Source: Caldilineaceae bacterium (lineage in GTDB: Bacteria > Chloroflexota > Anaerolineae > Caldilineales > Caldilineaceae). Taken from it: a DNA stretch of 64,000 bases. The stretch covers positions 2,696,340-2,760,339 of the forward strand of contig OY759723.1 in assembly GCA_963662575.1 (NCBI GenBank), given 5' to 3'. This document shows, piece by piece, positions 17,817 to 27,413 of this stretch. The notes beneath the pieces were generated by a model. It saw only the letters and a list, made by a program, of their open reading frames with translations, had not been told where the DNA came from and did no database searches. Positions within the stretch are counted from its first letter, which is position 1, and every line of letters starts with the position of its first letter. The translations under genes were made by a program, and so were the position numbers.

Positions 17817-18860
17817 ATGGAAGACGATCAAGTACTGCTGGAAGTAAAAGGGCTACAGAAATTCTTCCCGATTCGGAAGGGCTTCCTGCAACGCGCAGTT
17901 GGCCAGGTCCGCGCGGTTGACGGCATAGATTTTCGCGTTTACAAGGGGGAGACTTTCGGCATTGTCGGAGAGAGCGGCTGCGGCAAGACGACCGCCTCCC
18001 GCTGTATCGTGCGGGCGCTTCAGCCTTCGGCCGGAGAAATCTTCTTCCGCGTCGACGACGGTGAATTGACTGACATCGCCAATCTGTCCAGGGACGAACT
18101 GCAACCCCTGCGCCGCCACATGCAGATGATCTTCCAGGACCCCTTCTCCTCGCTGAACCCGCGCATGACCCTTTTCGACATAATCGGCGAACCGTTGCTC
18201 GTGCACGGGATGACGGCCCGCCAGCAACGAATCGAACGCGTGGAGGAGTTGCTTGGCCTGGTGGGACTGCGACCCGAATTCCTGCAACGCTTCCCTCACG
18301 CCTTCAGCGGCGGCCAACGCCAGCGGATCGGCATCGCCCGTGCGCTCGCTCTCAATCCGAGCCTGATTGTGGCCGACGAGCCGGTGTCGGCGCTCGATGT
18401 GTCCGTGCAGGCGCAGATCCTGAACCTACTGCTGGAGTTACAGGGGCGCCTCGGCCTCACCTATCTGTTCGTGGCGCACGATCTCAGCGTCGTCAAGCAT
18501 ATCTGCGACCGCGTCGCCGTCATGTATGTCGGGCGCGTGGTCGAGACTGCAGAGACGAAGCAACTCTTTGAATCGCCGAAACACCCTTACACCGAAGCCC
18601 TGCTCTCCGCCGTGCCCCAGCCGGATCCGAGCCTGCGAACGCAGCGAATCATCCTGGAGGGCGAAGTGGCGGACCCCGCCAACCCGCCGTCGGGTTGTTA
18701 TTTCCACCCGCGCTGCCGCTACGCCGTCGACCTCTGCCGCGAGGAGACTCCCGAACTTGAAGAGGTTGCGCCAGGCCACGCGGTGAGCTGTCACCGTGCG
18801 CGAGAATTGGACCTGGTGGGCACTCTGGACGCGCCCGTTCCACAGGCAGCGCACTCGTAG
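17817..18860 (+). CDS. ABC transporter ATP-binding protein (DppF/OppF-like)
   Basis: Walker [10 protein letters not shown], signature FSGGQRQR, C-terminal CYFHPRC motif. Confidence 0.92.
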   Translation: MEDDQVLLEVKGLQKFFPIRKGFLQRAVGQVRAVDGIDFRVYKGETFGIVGESGCGKTTASRCIVRALQPSAGEIFFRVDDGELTDIANLSRDELQPLRRHMQMIFQDPFSSLNPRMTLFDIIGEPLLVHGMTARQQRIERVEELLGLVGLRPEFLQRFPHAFSGGQRQRIGIARALALNPSLIVADEPVSALDVSVQAQILNLLLELQGRLGLTYLFVAHDLSVVKHICDRVAVMYVGRVVETAETKQLFESPKHPYTEALLSAVPQPDPSLRTQRIILEGEVADPANPPSGCYFHPRCRYAVDLCREETPELEEVAPGHAVSCHRARELDLVGTLDAPVPQAAHS

Positions 18861-18957
18861 CCGGTGGGGATGCGCTCTATTTGACTGGCGGTTCTGGAAT
18901 TCCGGTCGGCGCGGATCAGTACAGTTGGAAAGAAGGGGCGAGCGGTTTTTTCTCTCC

Positions 18958-19968
18958 TCACTGCGTCATTGCTTCTGCCTTCGACGCCCAGGCTTCATCA
19001 ACCATCTGAAATACGTCCCTGGTCGGGTTATACCCCAGCATTGTTCGCGCCTTGGCGATGCTCAACTCCCAGTTGACGACCTTGGAGACGGTCACTTCGA
19101 CGTAGGGCCAGCCAGTCACTTTCGATATGTGTCTCAGCAGTTGATCGTGTGCGAACGGCTGCGCGGCCATCAGATGAAAGACTTTGCCGACCGCGATCTT
19201 TTTTTCCAACAGGAGAAGCAACCCCTCGGCCAGATTGCGCGGATCGTTTACCATTTCGGTCCCTACTACGCCCTGTGTGTCATACGCAATCACCAGTCTG
19301 GGATCGCGGGGATCAAGGTCCTCCAGATTCTCGACCGTTTCCTGCTCCTCGGGTGACAGGCTGGGCTTGGATTTCAGCGCCTTAAGGAAACCTGGCAGGT
19401 AGAGTTTGTCGGCCCAGATCGACGTGGGGTTCAGAAGCTCTTCGCGGGCCAGCGTTACACCAAAACGGGGAATTGTCACAGGCAGGCCACAGCGCCGCAT
19501 GTAATTCCAGCACATATCCTCGCATAGTATCTTGCTCATTCCATAGGGGTCGTCGTTAATGCGGGGATGCTGTTCGTCCACGGGCAGATAGAGGGCACCG
19601 TTGGGATTCCAGTAAACGTTGTCGGTGCTGGCAAGGACGAATCGACTGATCCGGTTTGCGTGCGGGACAAGAGATTCCAGCAGATTGTATGTACCGACTA
19701 CATTAGTAGCGAAGATTTCATCTGATGTTCGGCCCTGGGGCAAATGGGCGCCCAGGTGGTAGACCGCTTCAACCCCCTCCACAGCAGGGTGCAGGCTGTC
19801 CCGCTCCGTGAGCTGTCCCTCCACAATTTCGACGCCCGGTCGCTCAATCCGCGTCCGCAGAGGATCTGCTGGCATAACGAGGGCACGCACCTGATGGTTC
19901 CGCCGCAGGAGTTCGGCGACAAGACGGCTGCCGATGCGTCCAGTGGCGCCGGTTACAAGGATCTTCAT
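18958..19968 (-). CDS. NAD-dependent epimerase/dehydratase family protein (extended SDR)
   Basis: MKILVTGATGRIGSRLV Rossmann start; 336 aa. Confidence 0.8.
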   Translation of the reverse strand: MKILVTGATGRIGSRLVAELLRRNHQVRALVMPADPLRTRIERPGVEIVEGQLTERDSLHPAVEGVEAVYHLGAHLPQGRTSDEIFATNVVGTYNLLESLVPHANRISRFVLASTDNVYWNPNGALYLPVDEQHPRINDDPYGMSKILCEDMCWNYMRRCGLPVTIPRFGVTLAREELLNPTSIWADKLYLPGFLKALKSKPSLSPEEQETVENLEDLDPRDPRLVIAYDTQGVVGTEMVNDPRNLAEGLLLLLEKKIAVGKVFHLMAAQPFAHDQLLRHISKVTGWPYVEVTVSKVVNWELSIAKARTMLGYNPTRDVFQMVDEAWASKAEAMTQ

Positions 19969-20033
19969 CGTTTACGCTCCAGTGTCGAATGAAAGGAGAA
20001 AAGGGGAGAGAAGATCCCTCCCCACGTGTAGTT

Positions 20034-20939
20034 TCAGCGTTCGCGCAAGGTCGGGTCAAGCAGGTCTCGGAGACCGTCGCCGAGCAGATTGAATCCGAGC
20101 ACTGAGATGGCAATGGCGATGCCTGGGAAGACGGACATCTCCGGATGGGTATTCAGGTACTTTCGTCCTCCGGCCAGGATCAAGCCCCACGATGGGTCGG
20201 GCGGCTGCGCGCCAAATCCAAGAAACGACAGGGCCGCCTCGCTCAAGATGGTCCACGCCAGCCCGATCGTAATCTGTACGATCACCGGCGCGCTGGCATT
20301 GGGAAGCAGATGGAGGAACATTATGCGCCAGTTGGACACGCCGATGGCGCGCGCGCTTTCAATGTAAGGAAGTTGTGATACAGCGATCACTGCGCCGCGT
20401 GAGACGCGACAGAGAATAGGAACATAGATGACCGCAAGCGCGATAATCAGATTCTGCGTGGACGGCCCAAGCAGGACTGAAATGGTAAGGGCCAACAGCA
20501 GACCGGGAATAGCAAACATCAAGTCGATGAACGCCATGATGCCGGTCTCGACAGGCCCGCGGAGGAAGCCGGCCGTGATCCCAAGCAGTAGACCAACCAG
20601 GCCGGACAGGGCCATCGACAGAATGGCGACAAGCAGACTGAACCGCCCTCCGTAGATGATGCGGCTGAAGAGGTCGCGTCCGAGGTAGTCAGTGCCGAAC
20701 AGATGCTCCACGCTGGGACTGGCAAGCATTTGACTGAAATCCGCCTCGAAAGGGTCTGCGGTCGCGACGACAGGCGCGAAAACAGATGTAATTATCAGAG
20801 CGAGCGTGATGATGAAGCCGACCACGAATAGGCGGTGACGGGCGGCACGGCGCAAGAAACGCCGTAGGGGATTTCTCGCCTTCCCTCTCCGCTCTGTTTC
20901 AGAGCTATTCGTAGCGAATTCGCGGATCGAGTTGGCCAT
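20034..20939 (-). CDS. ABC transporter permease (DppC-like), importer 2
   Basis: TM-rich, FGTDYLGRDLFSRI, C-terminal LGDGLRDLLDP. ATG at 20939 is preferred over the TTG at 20957 and overlaps the upstream permease by 35 nt. Confidence 0.85.
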   Translation of the reverse strand: MANSIREFATNSSETERRGKARNPLRRFLRRAARHRLFVVGFIITLALIITSVFAPVVATADPFEADFSQMLASPSVEHLFGTDYLGRDLFSRIIYGGRFSLLVAILSMALSGLVGLLLGITAGFLRGPVETGIMAFIDLMFAIPGLLLALTISVLLGPSTQNLIIALAVIYVPILCRVSRGAVIAVSQLPYIESARAIGVSNWRIMFLHLLPNASAPVIVQITIGLAWTILSEAALSFLGFGAQPPDPSWGLILAGGRKYLNTHPEMSVFPGIAIAISVLGFNLLGDGLRDLLDPTLRER

Positions 20940-21852
20940 AAAGTACGTCCACGACAAGGTTCACTAAGACGAAAGCGGTCGAGTAGAGAAGCAGTACACC
21001 CTGCAGCACCGGCAAATCCCGGTTCAGCAGCGCGCGTATCGTCAACTGACCCAGCCCCGGCACGAAGAACAGTTCTTCGATCAGGACCGTCCCGCCCAGC
21101 AGGTAGCCCAACTCCAGGCCAATGACGGTCACAATAGGGATCGCGGCATTCTTGAGACCATGTCTCCAGAGTATTTGCCGAGGACGGAGTCCCTTGGCAT
21201 GCGCAACCCGCATGTAGTCGCGATTGAGAACCTCGAGAACGGCGGAGCGCACGACGCGCGTCATCACCGCGGCCAAGGGCAACGCGAGGCTCAAGGTGGG
21301 CATGATCATATGTACCAGGTTGACGCCCAGGCCATCGCTGATTGGCTTAAAGCCGGAAGGCGGCAGCCACCGCAGGCGCACCGCGACCACCAGGATCAGA
21401 ATCGTGGCAATCCAAAAGTTGGGAATTGAGATTCCGAGTTGACCGAATTGCATCGCCAGCAAGTCAACCCACGTCCCGTTGCGGGCAGCCGCTAAGATTC
21501 CCAGGGGAAGGGCGATCGAGAGCCCCAACAGAATGGTGAGAAGACTCAATTCCACCGTCACGGGGATGCGCGATTTGACCAGATCCCAAACGGGGTAGCC
21601 GCCTAACAAGGAGTTGCCCATGTCTCCGCGGAGGAGATCTCCCAGCCAGTCAAAGTACTGCACATAGAGCGGGCGATCAAGGCCCAGGAACTGACGCATC
21701 TTGTCGGCCGCTGGCGATCCTGCTCCCACGGTATCGAGCAGGACGAGCACCACGTCGCCGGGAAGCGCGTGCATCAGCAGAAAGACGAGGGTCGCCACTG
21801 CCCAGACGGTCAGGACAGCGCGAATCAGCCGGCGACCCAGAAATCCCGACAT
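20905..21852 (-). CDS. ABC transporter permease (DppB-like), importer 2
   Basis: GFLGRRLIRAVLTVWAVATLVFLLMHALPGD N-terminus; C-terminal DPRIRYE. Confidence 0.9.
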   Translation of the reverse strand: MSGFLGRRLIRAVLTVWAVATLVFLLMHALPGDVVLVLLDTVGAGSPAADKMRQFLGLDRPLYVQYFDWLGDLLRGDMGNSLLGGYPVWDLVKSRIPVTVELSLLTILLGLSIALPLGILAAARNGTWVDLLAMQFGQLGISIPNFWIATILILVVAVRLRWLPPSGFKPISDGLGVNLVHMIMPTLSLALPLAAVMTRVVRSAVLEVLNRDYMRVAHAKGLRPRQILWRHGLKNAAIPIVTVIGLELGYLLGGTVLIEELFFVPGLGQLTIRALLNRDLPVLQGVLLLYSTAFVLVNLVVDVLYGQLDPRIRYE

Positions 21853-21948
21853 ATGAAGTCGCCTCCTCTTTCACAGTCTGGAATTATGAAACAGGGCGAG
21901 AAATGGACGGGCGCGCCAAGTACAGAAGGGACAGTTCGCCGCCGAACG

Positions 21949-21985
21949 GAGGACGCATCTCCTCTCTGCGGGGAAATGCGTCCTC
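21949..21985 (-). other. Intercistronic stem-loop after the SBP gene (10-bp stem GAGGACGCAT/ATGCGTCCTC, 17-nt loop)
   Basis: Complementarity read directly; lies between the SBP stop (22006) and the permease start (21852). Confidence 0.5.
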
Positions 21986-22005
21986 TTGAATGAGAATATA
22001 CTCCG

Positions 22006-23613
22006 TTACCGGTCCAGCCAAACGTACTTCATAAAGCGCACTGTGCCCAGACCATCTACCTGGTAGTCCATGACCTCCGGGTGCATGCCCATGCGGTCGT
22101 CATAGGTGAAGAGGTAGACGAGGGGCCATCCCGCATCATACCCAATGGTCAACGCTTCGGTATAGAGTTCTCGGCGCTGGTCGGGATCGGTTACTTTGCG
22201 CGCCTCTTCGACTAACTCGTTGTACTCGGGAATGTCGAAGTTTGGTGCAAAGCCGTGCGACACGCCTTCCGGATGCATGATGCCGTAGAAGATGTCGTCC
22301 GGACTGGATGCGTAGAGACCTTGCAAGGCGGCGGTAAATTCGCCCTTGTAGACCTTCTCCACCCAGACGGCGTGATCGGTGGCCAGCAGATTGAATTTTA
22401 TCCCCAACTCTGCTGCGCTGATCTGGAGGATCTCGGCGATTTGGCCTTCATCCGAAGCCGCCCCGTAGAAGTTCAAATCGACTTCAAAACCGTCCGGATA
22501 GTTGGAATTGGCCAGGTACTCCTTGGCCTTCTCAATATCGGGCGATTTATAGTCCTCGATTCCGGTATAGTACTGGCTGTTCGGGGGCTGCGGGTCGCCA
22601 GCGAAAAAGCGGTTGCAGCGGCCGGCGGTATAGACATCGCACATGACCTGCTTGTCGACCAGATGCTGCAAAGCCTTCAACACATTGGGGTCGTTGAACG
22701 GTTCCCTCCCTACGTTGAAGGTGAACATAAAGAAGATGCCGGTGTCGCCGGTAAACAGCTTGTACTCCTGCTGGGTCAGAGTTTCCCAGGAGGCGCCGGG
22801 AACCATCATAATGAAATCGACAGCATCAGAGGAAAGGTTGGCCGCGCGCGCGGCATCGTCAAGCAGATAGGACATGCTGATGCCATCCAGGTAGGGAACG
22901 CCCTCCTCCCAATAGTCTTCATATCTAACCAGTTCCGTCTTGACACCCGGCTCGAACTCCTTCAACTTGAAAGGACCCGTGCCAATGTATTCGAAAGGCT
23001 CCTTCTCGAAGGTGCCTGCGGGCATAACCAGCACTGCCGGCCTGCCAAGCACGTCCAGGAAGGGGCTGTATGGTTCCTTAAGGGTCACCTTAATTGTATA
23101 TTCGTCTACAGCTTCGACGCTTGCAACCGGCGACAGCCAACCCGCATACGCGGAGATCGAGTCATCCATCGCGTGTTCAAAAGAGTAGACGACGTCTTCG
23201 GATGTCATCTCCTGGCCGTTGTGGAACAGGACCCCTTTGCGCAGATGGAAGATATATTCAGTGTCGCTGACGGCCTCCCAAGTCTCGGCCAGAGACGGGT
23301 TATTGTTATATCCCGAATCCCAAAACAGGAGTCCTTCATAGATCTGGTGGAGGATGTTCCACTCGGTTGCGCCGTGCAGCCGCCCGCCCCAGGGGTTGAT
23401 CACGGTTGACGCCTGCGCTTGGCCAAACTTGAGGATACCGCCGTACCTGGGCCCTTCCTCAGCGGCCGGTGCGGCCGCTTCCGATTCATCGGCGCTGGCG
23501 GCCTGCTCAGCACCGCCTTCAGCCGGAGCCGCGGGCGCGCAAGCGGCAAGCAGGGCGAGTACCACGATTAGTCCGAAAATCGTAGCGGCAACAGAAATAT
23601 TTCGCCTTCTCAT
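22006..23613 (-). CDS. ABC transporter substrate-binding lipoprotein, family 5, importer 2
   Basis: Signal peptide plus lipobox LLAAC, Ala/Glu-rich linker, 535 aa, CAGGAGG RBS. Confidence 0.85.
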   Translation of the reverse strand: MRRRNISVAATIFGLIVVLALLAACAPAAPAEGGAEQAASADESEAAAPAAEEGPRYGGILKFGQAQASTVINPWGGRLHGATEWNILHQIYEGLLFWDSGYNNNPSLAETWEAVSDTEYIFHLRKGVLFHNGQEMTSEDVVYSFEHAMDDSISAYAGWLSPVASVEAVDEYTIKVTLKEPYSPFLDVLGRPAVLVMPAGTFEKEPFEYIGTGPFKLKEFEPGVKTELVRYEDYWEEGVPYLDGISMSYLLDDAARAANLSSDAVDFIMMVPGASWETLTQQEYKLFTGDTGIFFMFTFNVGREPFNDPNVLKALQHLVDKQVMCDVYTAGRCNRFFAGDPQPPNSQYYTGIEDYKSPDIEKAKEYLANSNYPDGFEVDLNFYGAASDEGQIAEILQISAAELGIKFNLLATDHAVWVEKVYKGEFTAALQGLYASSPDDIFYGIMHPEGVSHGFAPNFDIPEYNELVEEARKVTDPDQRRELYTEALTIGYDAGWPLVYLFTYDDRMGMHPEVMDYQVDGLGTVRFMKYVWLDR

Positions 23614-23686
23614 CTTCTGGCCTCCTGGTGTCTTTGATGGATTTTACGGTTGGAAACATCGATGCAGAAAACGGCAAGACAACATA

Positions 23687-23716
23687 ATTTTATTACATTG
23701 GCAACGAGTCGGTCAA
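23687..23716 (-). promoter_or_regulatory. Sigma70-like promoter candidate (TTGACC-N18-TAAAAT) about 70 nt upstream of the importer-2 SBP gene
   Basis: Read directly in the AT-richer part of the 416-nt spacer. Confidence 0.35.
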
Positions 23717-24029
23717 GTCGATTTTTCCGACTAGCATGCGACCCCCAAGAGCCAAAACTACTCTTGCCTATCGTGGGTGTCTCCGTTCAGTGTACCCAGG
23801 TCGAACAGCGCTTGCCGGAGAAGAAAGTGCAGGAGGGGGCCTGAAATTGGAACTGAAGGCCCATCAGGCAAGTTCTGCCCTTTGTATTAGACGGCGCACG
23901 ACGGGGACGATCTGAGGCTGAGATGGAAGGGAATCCGGAGGGAATTGAAGCGGGATGCAGGGAAGCGGAATTGAGCGGGGGTAAATCGACCGGGCAACTG
24001 ATTGCGATGGACAGACCGTCACATCGACT

Positions 24030-25103
24030 CTATGCGCGAAAAGCCTTTATCATCTCAATCAGCAGAGCAATCTGTGCACGACCTCCTTTAGCCGGCGTGA
24101 GCGGCGTCTTTCCATTCACGATACAGTCGTGGAAGTGAATCAGTTCCAGCTTGAACGCTTCCTCGTACGAGGCGGTCGTCGTCGACTCGCGGAGGTGGCC
24201 CCCATCCATCCGCCACTCTTCAACTACCGTGGCTGCATTCTTCAGAAACGGACTGGGAAATTTTATCGACACGATGCTATCCGGCGCATAAACGGTCATC
24301 GTCTCGTCGAAGACGCGTAGTCCCTGCACCGAGGCGGTGTCCAGTATACAACGCAGATTGTTCGGATAAGCCAGGATCGAGACGAAGGCCCCGCCGCCAT
24401 TCCAGATTTCAGTCGAAACGACACGCTCCGGCAGCCCGAAAGCGCCGTCCAGAATATAGATGTCGTGAATCGACAGGCCCAGCATCTTGCCATAGGCGCG
24501 CATGACCGGTTCGGGTTGGGCGCCAATTGCGCGTTGCAGGCCGTCCTGCTGAAGCCGCTGCAACCTGTTCTTGACGGCCGCGTCAACGTCATCGACGCGC
24601 ACGATGTCATAGTGCTCCAGAAAGAGGTCGTTCGGGCCATTGATATCGTAAAGGCGGATCAGACTCGGGTCTTGCATCTGCTGGATGCGCTCACGCCCGG
24701 CCACATAGCCGGGATCGTAGCATTTGTGATGACCGAGCATCGCAACGCAGCCGCTCTGTGCCTGGGCATCCAGGATGTCATCGGCCTCATCCAGGTTGTA
24801 GCACATCGGTTTCTCGATGAAGACGTGCTTGCCCGCCCGCAGCGCATCCGTCGCCGGCTGGGCATGGTCCTGCGTCAGCACCATCACCGCATCCAGGTCC
24901 GCCCGCTCCAGCATCTCGCGATAGTCGGAAAATGTGTGCCGGATTCCGTACTTCGCGCCGACAGCCTGAACGGTTCCGGGGGACAGGTCGCACAGGGCCG
25001 CAATCTCAAAGAGCTGCGGCATTTCAGACAGATGCGGCAAGTGCATCACCTGCGCGACCATGCCGGTACCGATCAACCCGATTCTGACTGGCTTGTTTCC
25101 CAT
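24030..25103 (-). CDS. Gfo/Idh/MocA family NAD(P)-dependent oxidoreductase
   Basis: VRIGLIGTGMVAQ Rossmann start. ATG at 25103 follows GGAGGAG; the longer ORF start at 25157 was rejected. Confidence 0.8.
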   Translation of the reverse strand: MGNKPVRIGLIGTGMVAQVMHLPHLSEMPQLFEIAALCDLSPGTVQAVGAKYGIRHTFSDYREMLERADLDAVMVLTQDHAQPATDALRAGKHVFIEKPMCYNLDEADDILDAQAQSGCVAMLGHHKCYDPGYVAGRERIQQMQDPSLIRLYDINGPNDLFLEHYDIVRVDDVDAAVKNRLQRLQQDGLQRAIGAQPEPVMRAYGKMLGLSIHDIYILDGAFGLPERVVSTEIWNGGGAFVSILAYPNNLRCILDTASVQGLRVFDETMTVYAPDSIVSIKFPSPFLKNAATVVEEWRMDGGHLRESTTTASYEEAFKLELIHFHDCIVNGKTPLTPAKGGRAQIALLIEMIKAFRA

Positions 25104-25194
25104 GCTTTGACTCCTCCGTACAAAAAGTTGGCGCCGCTTTCGTACACCGCATCGCATTCTGCCCGAATTTTTAAGGCTGGAGCTTTAGACGACT

Positions 25195-26412
25195 TCAAAA
25201 TGTGCCGAGAAACGCCTCCATGCTCAGATCAGCCGGAACCTGATCAAAATAATAGCGGGTCTCGTCACCCTGGAAGCCCGGCACCCACTGATCTTCCTCG
25301 TCCTGCAACAGATCGTCAACAAACTTGAAACGCGTCCACAGAATTCCGGCTTCCTGGTCGCTGAAGCGATCGGCCAGTGGCTTGCCCCATTGCAGAGTCA
25401 TGGGATGAATGCTCGTCGCCCAAACTTGCTCTTGCTCGGGTAGGCTGTCAAAGTCCGGACTCTTAAGTTGATGAATGCGCTTGGCGCTCTTGCTCAAAAA
25501 GATCGTTGAGAGTAACCTGCCCTTTTCGCCGCGACCTGGGTGCAGACGCTCCAGAGCGGCCTTGTATGCAGTGCCGTCACCGTTAACAACCGCCCGCGAA
25601 GCCTCCTCGATATGCTCGAACGTCTGGGAACTGCGTTCGTTCCAACGCTTGAATGCCGCCTGCGACGCGGGTGACAGATGTTCAAAGTATGGAAGGTCCT
25701 TGTGCGAGGTGTACTCCGAAAAACCGCCATGAATAGTTCGGCGCATCTTGGCGTTGTAGCGGCTGCCCCAGTGCAGCAGGGGCAGGATATAGGCCACGCC
25801 ATCACCGGCCGCCAGATGTGTCTGGACGGCGCCGGGAACAGGGGTACGTGCATCGGAATTTAGCGCCGCGTTTTCCTCCGCGGTGTTGAGACGAGCGTGG
25901 CTGCCGGGCACAACCCACAGGACATTGTCGTCGTAAAGCGGCAGATTCCACTGCACGTAGCGCGGCCCATTCTCGAGGAAGTCGTCTGCATAGCCTTGCA
26001 GCGGCGCGGTGTGCGGCGGATAGAAGTCGCGGTGCCAGCCGCGATGACCGGCCGTCTCGTGGTCGCGCACCGGATTGCACATGACCATCATTTCGGTGAC
26101 AGACGCGTCCTCCACGCCCAGCAAACTGCTGCTGACGCCCTGCATGTTCTCGTGCAACCAGATCTCGACCGCGCCTATGGTCAGCGCATCGATCTGGTCG
26201 GACAGCGCTCCCAGATTGAGACGGGGCTGGGCGTGGGTCTCCCAGACACCGCCCGGCGGGTCGTCCGGTCCCCGCTCCCGCGCCCAGATCTCTTTCTGAC
26301 GCTCGACGAGCACCTCATGAGCCCGCCGCAGGCCTTCCAGCTGTTGCGGCGGAATTACCCCCTGTAGAATCACATATCCATCTTCCAGAAACTGATCGCG
26401 GCTGAATTCCAT
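25195..26412 (-). CDS. PhyH-family Fe(II)/2OG dioxygenase-like protein (long form, 405 aa)
   Basis: N-terminal FLEDGYVILQGVIP, GWHRDFY (HxD), later His residues. Confidence 0.65.
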   Translation of the reverse strand: MEFSRDQFLEDGYVILQGVIPPQQLEGLRRAHEVLVERQKEIWARERGPDDPPGGVWETHAQPRLNLGALSDQIDALTIGAVEIWLHENMQGVSSSLLGVEDASVTEMMVMCNPVRDHETAGHRGWHRDFYPPHTAPLQGYADDFLENGPRYVQWNLPLYDDNVLWVVPGSHARLNTAEENAALNSDARTPVPGAVQTHLAAGDGVAYILPLLHWGSRYNAKMRRTIHGGFSEYTSHKDLPYFEHLSPASQAAFKRWNERSSQTFEHIEEASRAVVNGDGTAYKAALERLHPGRGEKGRLLSTIFLSKSAKRIHQLKSPDFDSLPEQEQVWATSIHPMTLQWGKPLADRFSDQEAGILWTRFKFVDDLLQDEEDQWVPGFQGDETRYYFDQVPADLSMEAFLGTF

Positions 26413-26465
26413 GACTGTTCCCTCTTCACTTTCGTCCCAGGAAGTCGTTTCCCGAACTGAGCCTC

Positions 26466-26479
26466 ATTCGCGCGCGAAT
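26466..26479. promoter_or_regulatory. Perfect 14-bp palindrome ATTCGCGCGCGAAT in the spacer between the two PhyH genes
   Basis: Read directly; function (operator or RNA hairpin) unknown. Confidence 0.3.
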
Positions 26480-26499
26480 TGGCTTTCCAACGCGCCGGG

Positions 26500-27318
26500 C
26501 TAATCGATGACCCGGCAGGTGGCGTGCAGTCTACGTCCTCTCTCCGAAATATTGTCGAACTCCGTCCGTGTCATTTCGATTGGCACGCGCTGGCCGAACC
26601 AGGGCAGTGAGTAACAGATAACCAGTTCCGGCCGCACGTGATCCGAGCGGTTGGGCGTGCCGCGGTGCAGCGTACGCGGGTCCTGGATCCACAGCGTACC
26701 TTTTTTCAGATTGAGACGGCGCCGGGTGGGGAAATCACCCGCCTCCAGGATCTCATCGTAACGCGTCTCCATCTCCGGGTCGGCAAGATATTGCGTGCAT
26801 GGCAGTATCTCGAAGCTGCCATTTTCTTCGTAAGTGTCGACCAGGGGGAACTTGACCCCGAAATGGGGGCAGACTTCCAGGCCGACGTGCGGCACCAATT
26901 TGGATATGCCCGCGTCACGGTGCCACCTCTGGAATTCGCTGCCTGGATAGGGGTTGTTGGAGTGATAGCAGGTGATTCGATAGTTCTCAGTTCCCCAATA
27001 GCGGTCCAGAAAGTCCAGCAAGACCGGGTTTTCGTAGATCTCCGGGTCAGCAAACGGCTGCTCCCAGGGGACGTAGACGGTGTAGCGGTTGACCACCTGC
27101 AGACGCCCCTCGAAGACAAGACGATCATCGCTGCGCCCATGCAATTCTACGCCGCTTTCCGGATCGCCGTGCGCCCGCACCGTTTCCAGGTAAGGGAGAA
27201 ATGCTTCCCTTATCCGGTCGATCTTCTCTACCGGAATCAGCTCTTCAAATAGTACATAACCATTGATACGCAGCTCAGCCAGCTTAAGATCGAGGTCATA
27301 TTGGTTTAGCGATGCCAA
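26500..27318 (-). CDS. PhyH-family Fe(II)/2OG dioxygenase
   Basis: LRINGYVLFEELIP, RWHRDAG (HxD), TLHRGTPN. TTG start with GGAGG 9 nt upstream. Confidence 0.75.
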   Translation of the reverse strand: MASLNQYDLDLKLAELRINGYVLFEELIPVEKIDRIREAFLPYLETVRAHGDPESGVELHGRSDDRLVFEGRLQVVNRYTVYVPWEQPFADPEIYENPVLLDFLDRYWGTENYRITCYHSNNPYPGSEFQRWHRDAGISKLVPHVGLEVCPHFGVKFPLVDTYEENGSFEILPCTQYLADPEMETRYDEILEAGDFPTRRRLNLKKGTLWIQDPRTLHRGTPNRSDHVRPELVICYSLPWFGQRVPIEMTRTEFDNISERGRRLHATCRVID

Positions 27319-27363
27319 GATCTGGTCCTCCTTCGGAGCGGGGATACAGTTAACAAGGGGGCT

Positions 27364-27387
27364 GCCAGGCCTGAAGGCAGGCCTGGC
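27364..27387 (-). terminator. Strong stem-loop (10-bp perfect GC-rich stem GCCAGGCCTG/CAGGCCTGGC, 4-nt loop) 27 nt after the PIG-L gene stop
   Basis: Read directly. It is followed by CCCCCUUGUU rather than a clean U-tract, so it could be a terminator, attenuator or mRNA-stabilising element. Confidence 0.4.
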
Positions 27388-27413
27388 ACCGTCTGCCCCA
27401 GGTCTAGGGGATT

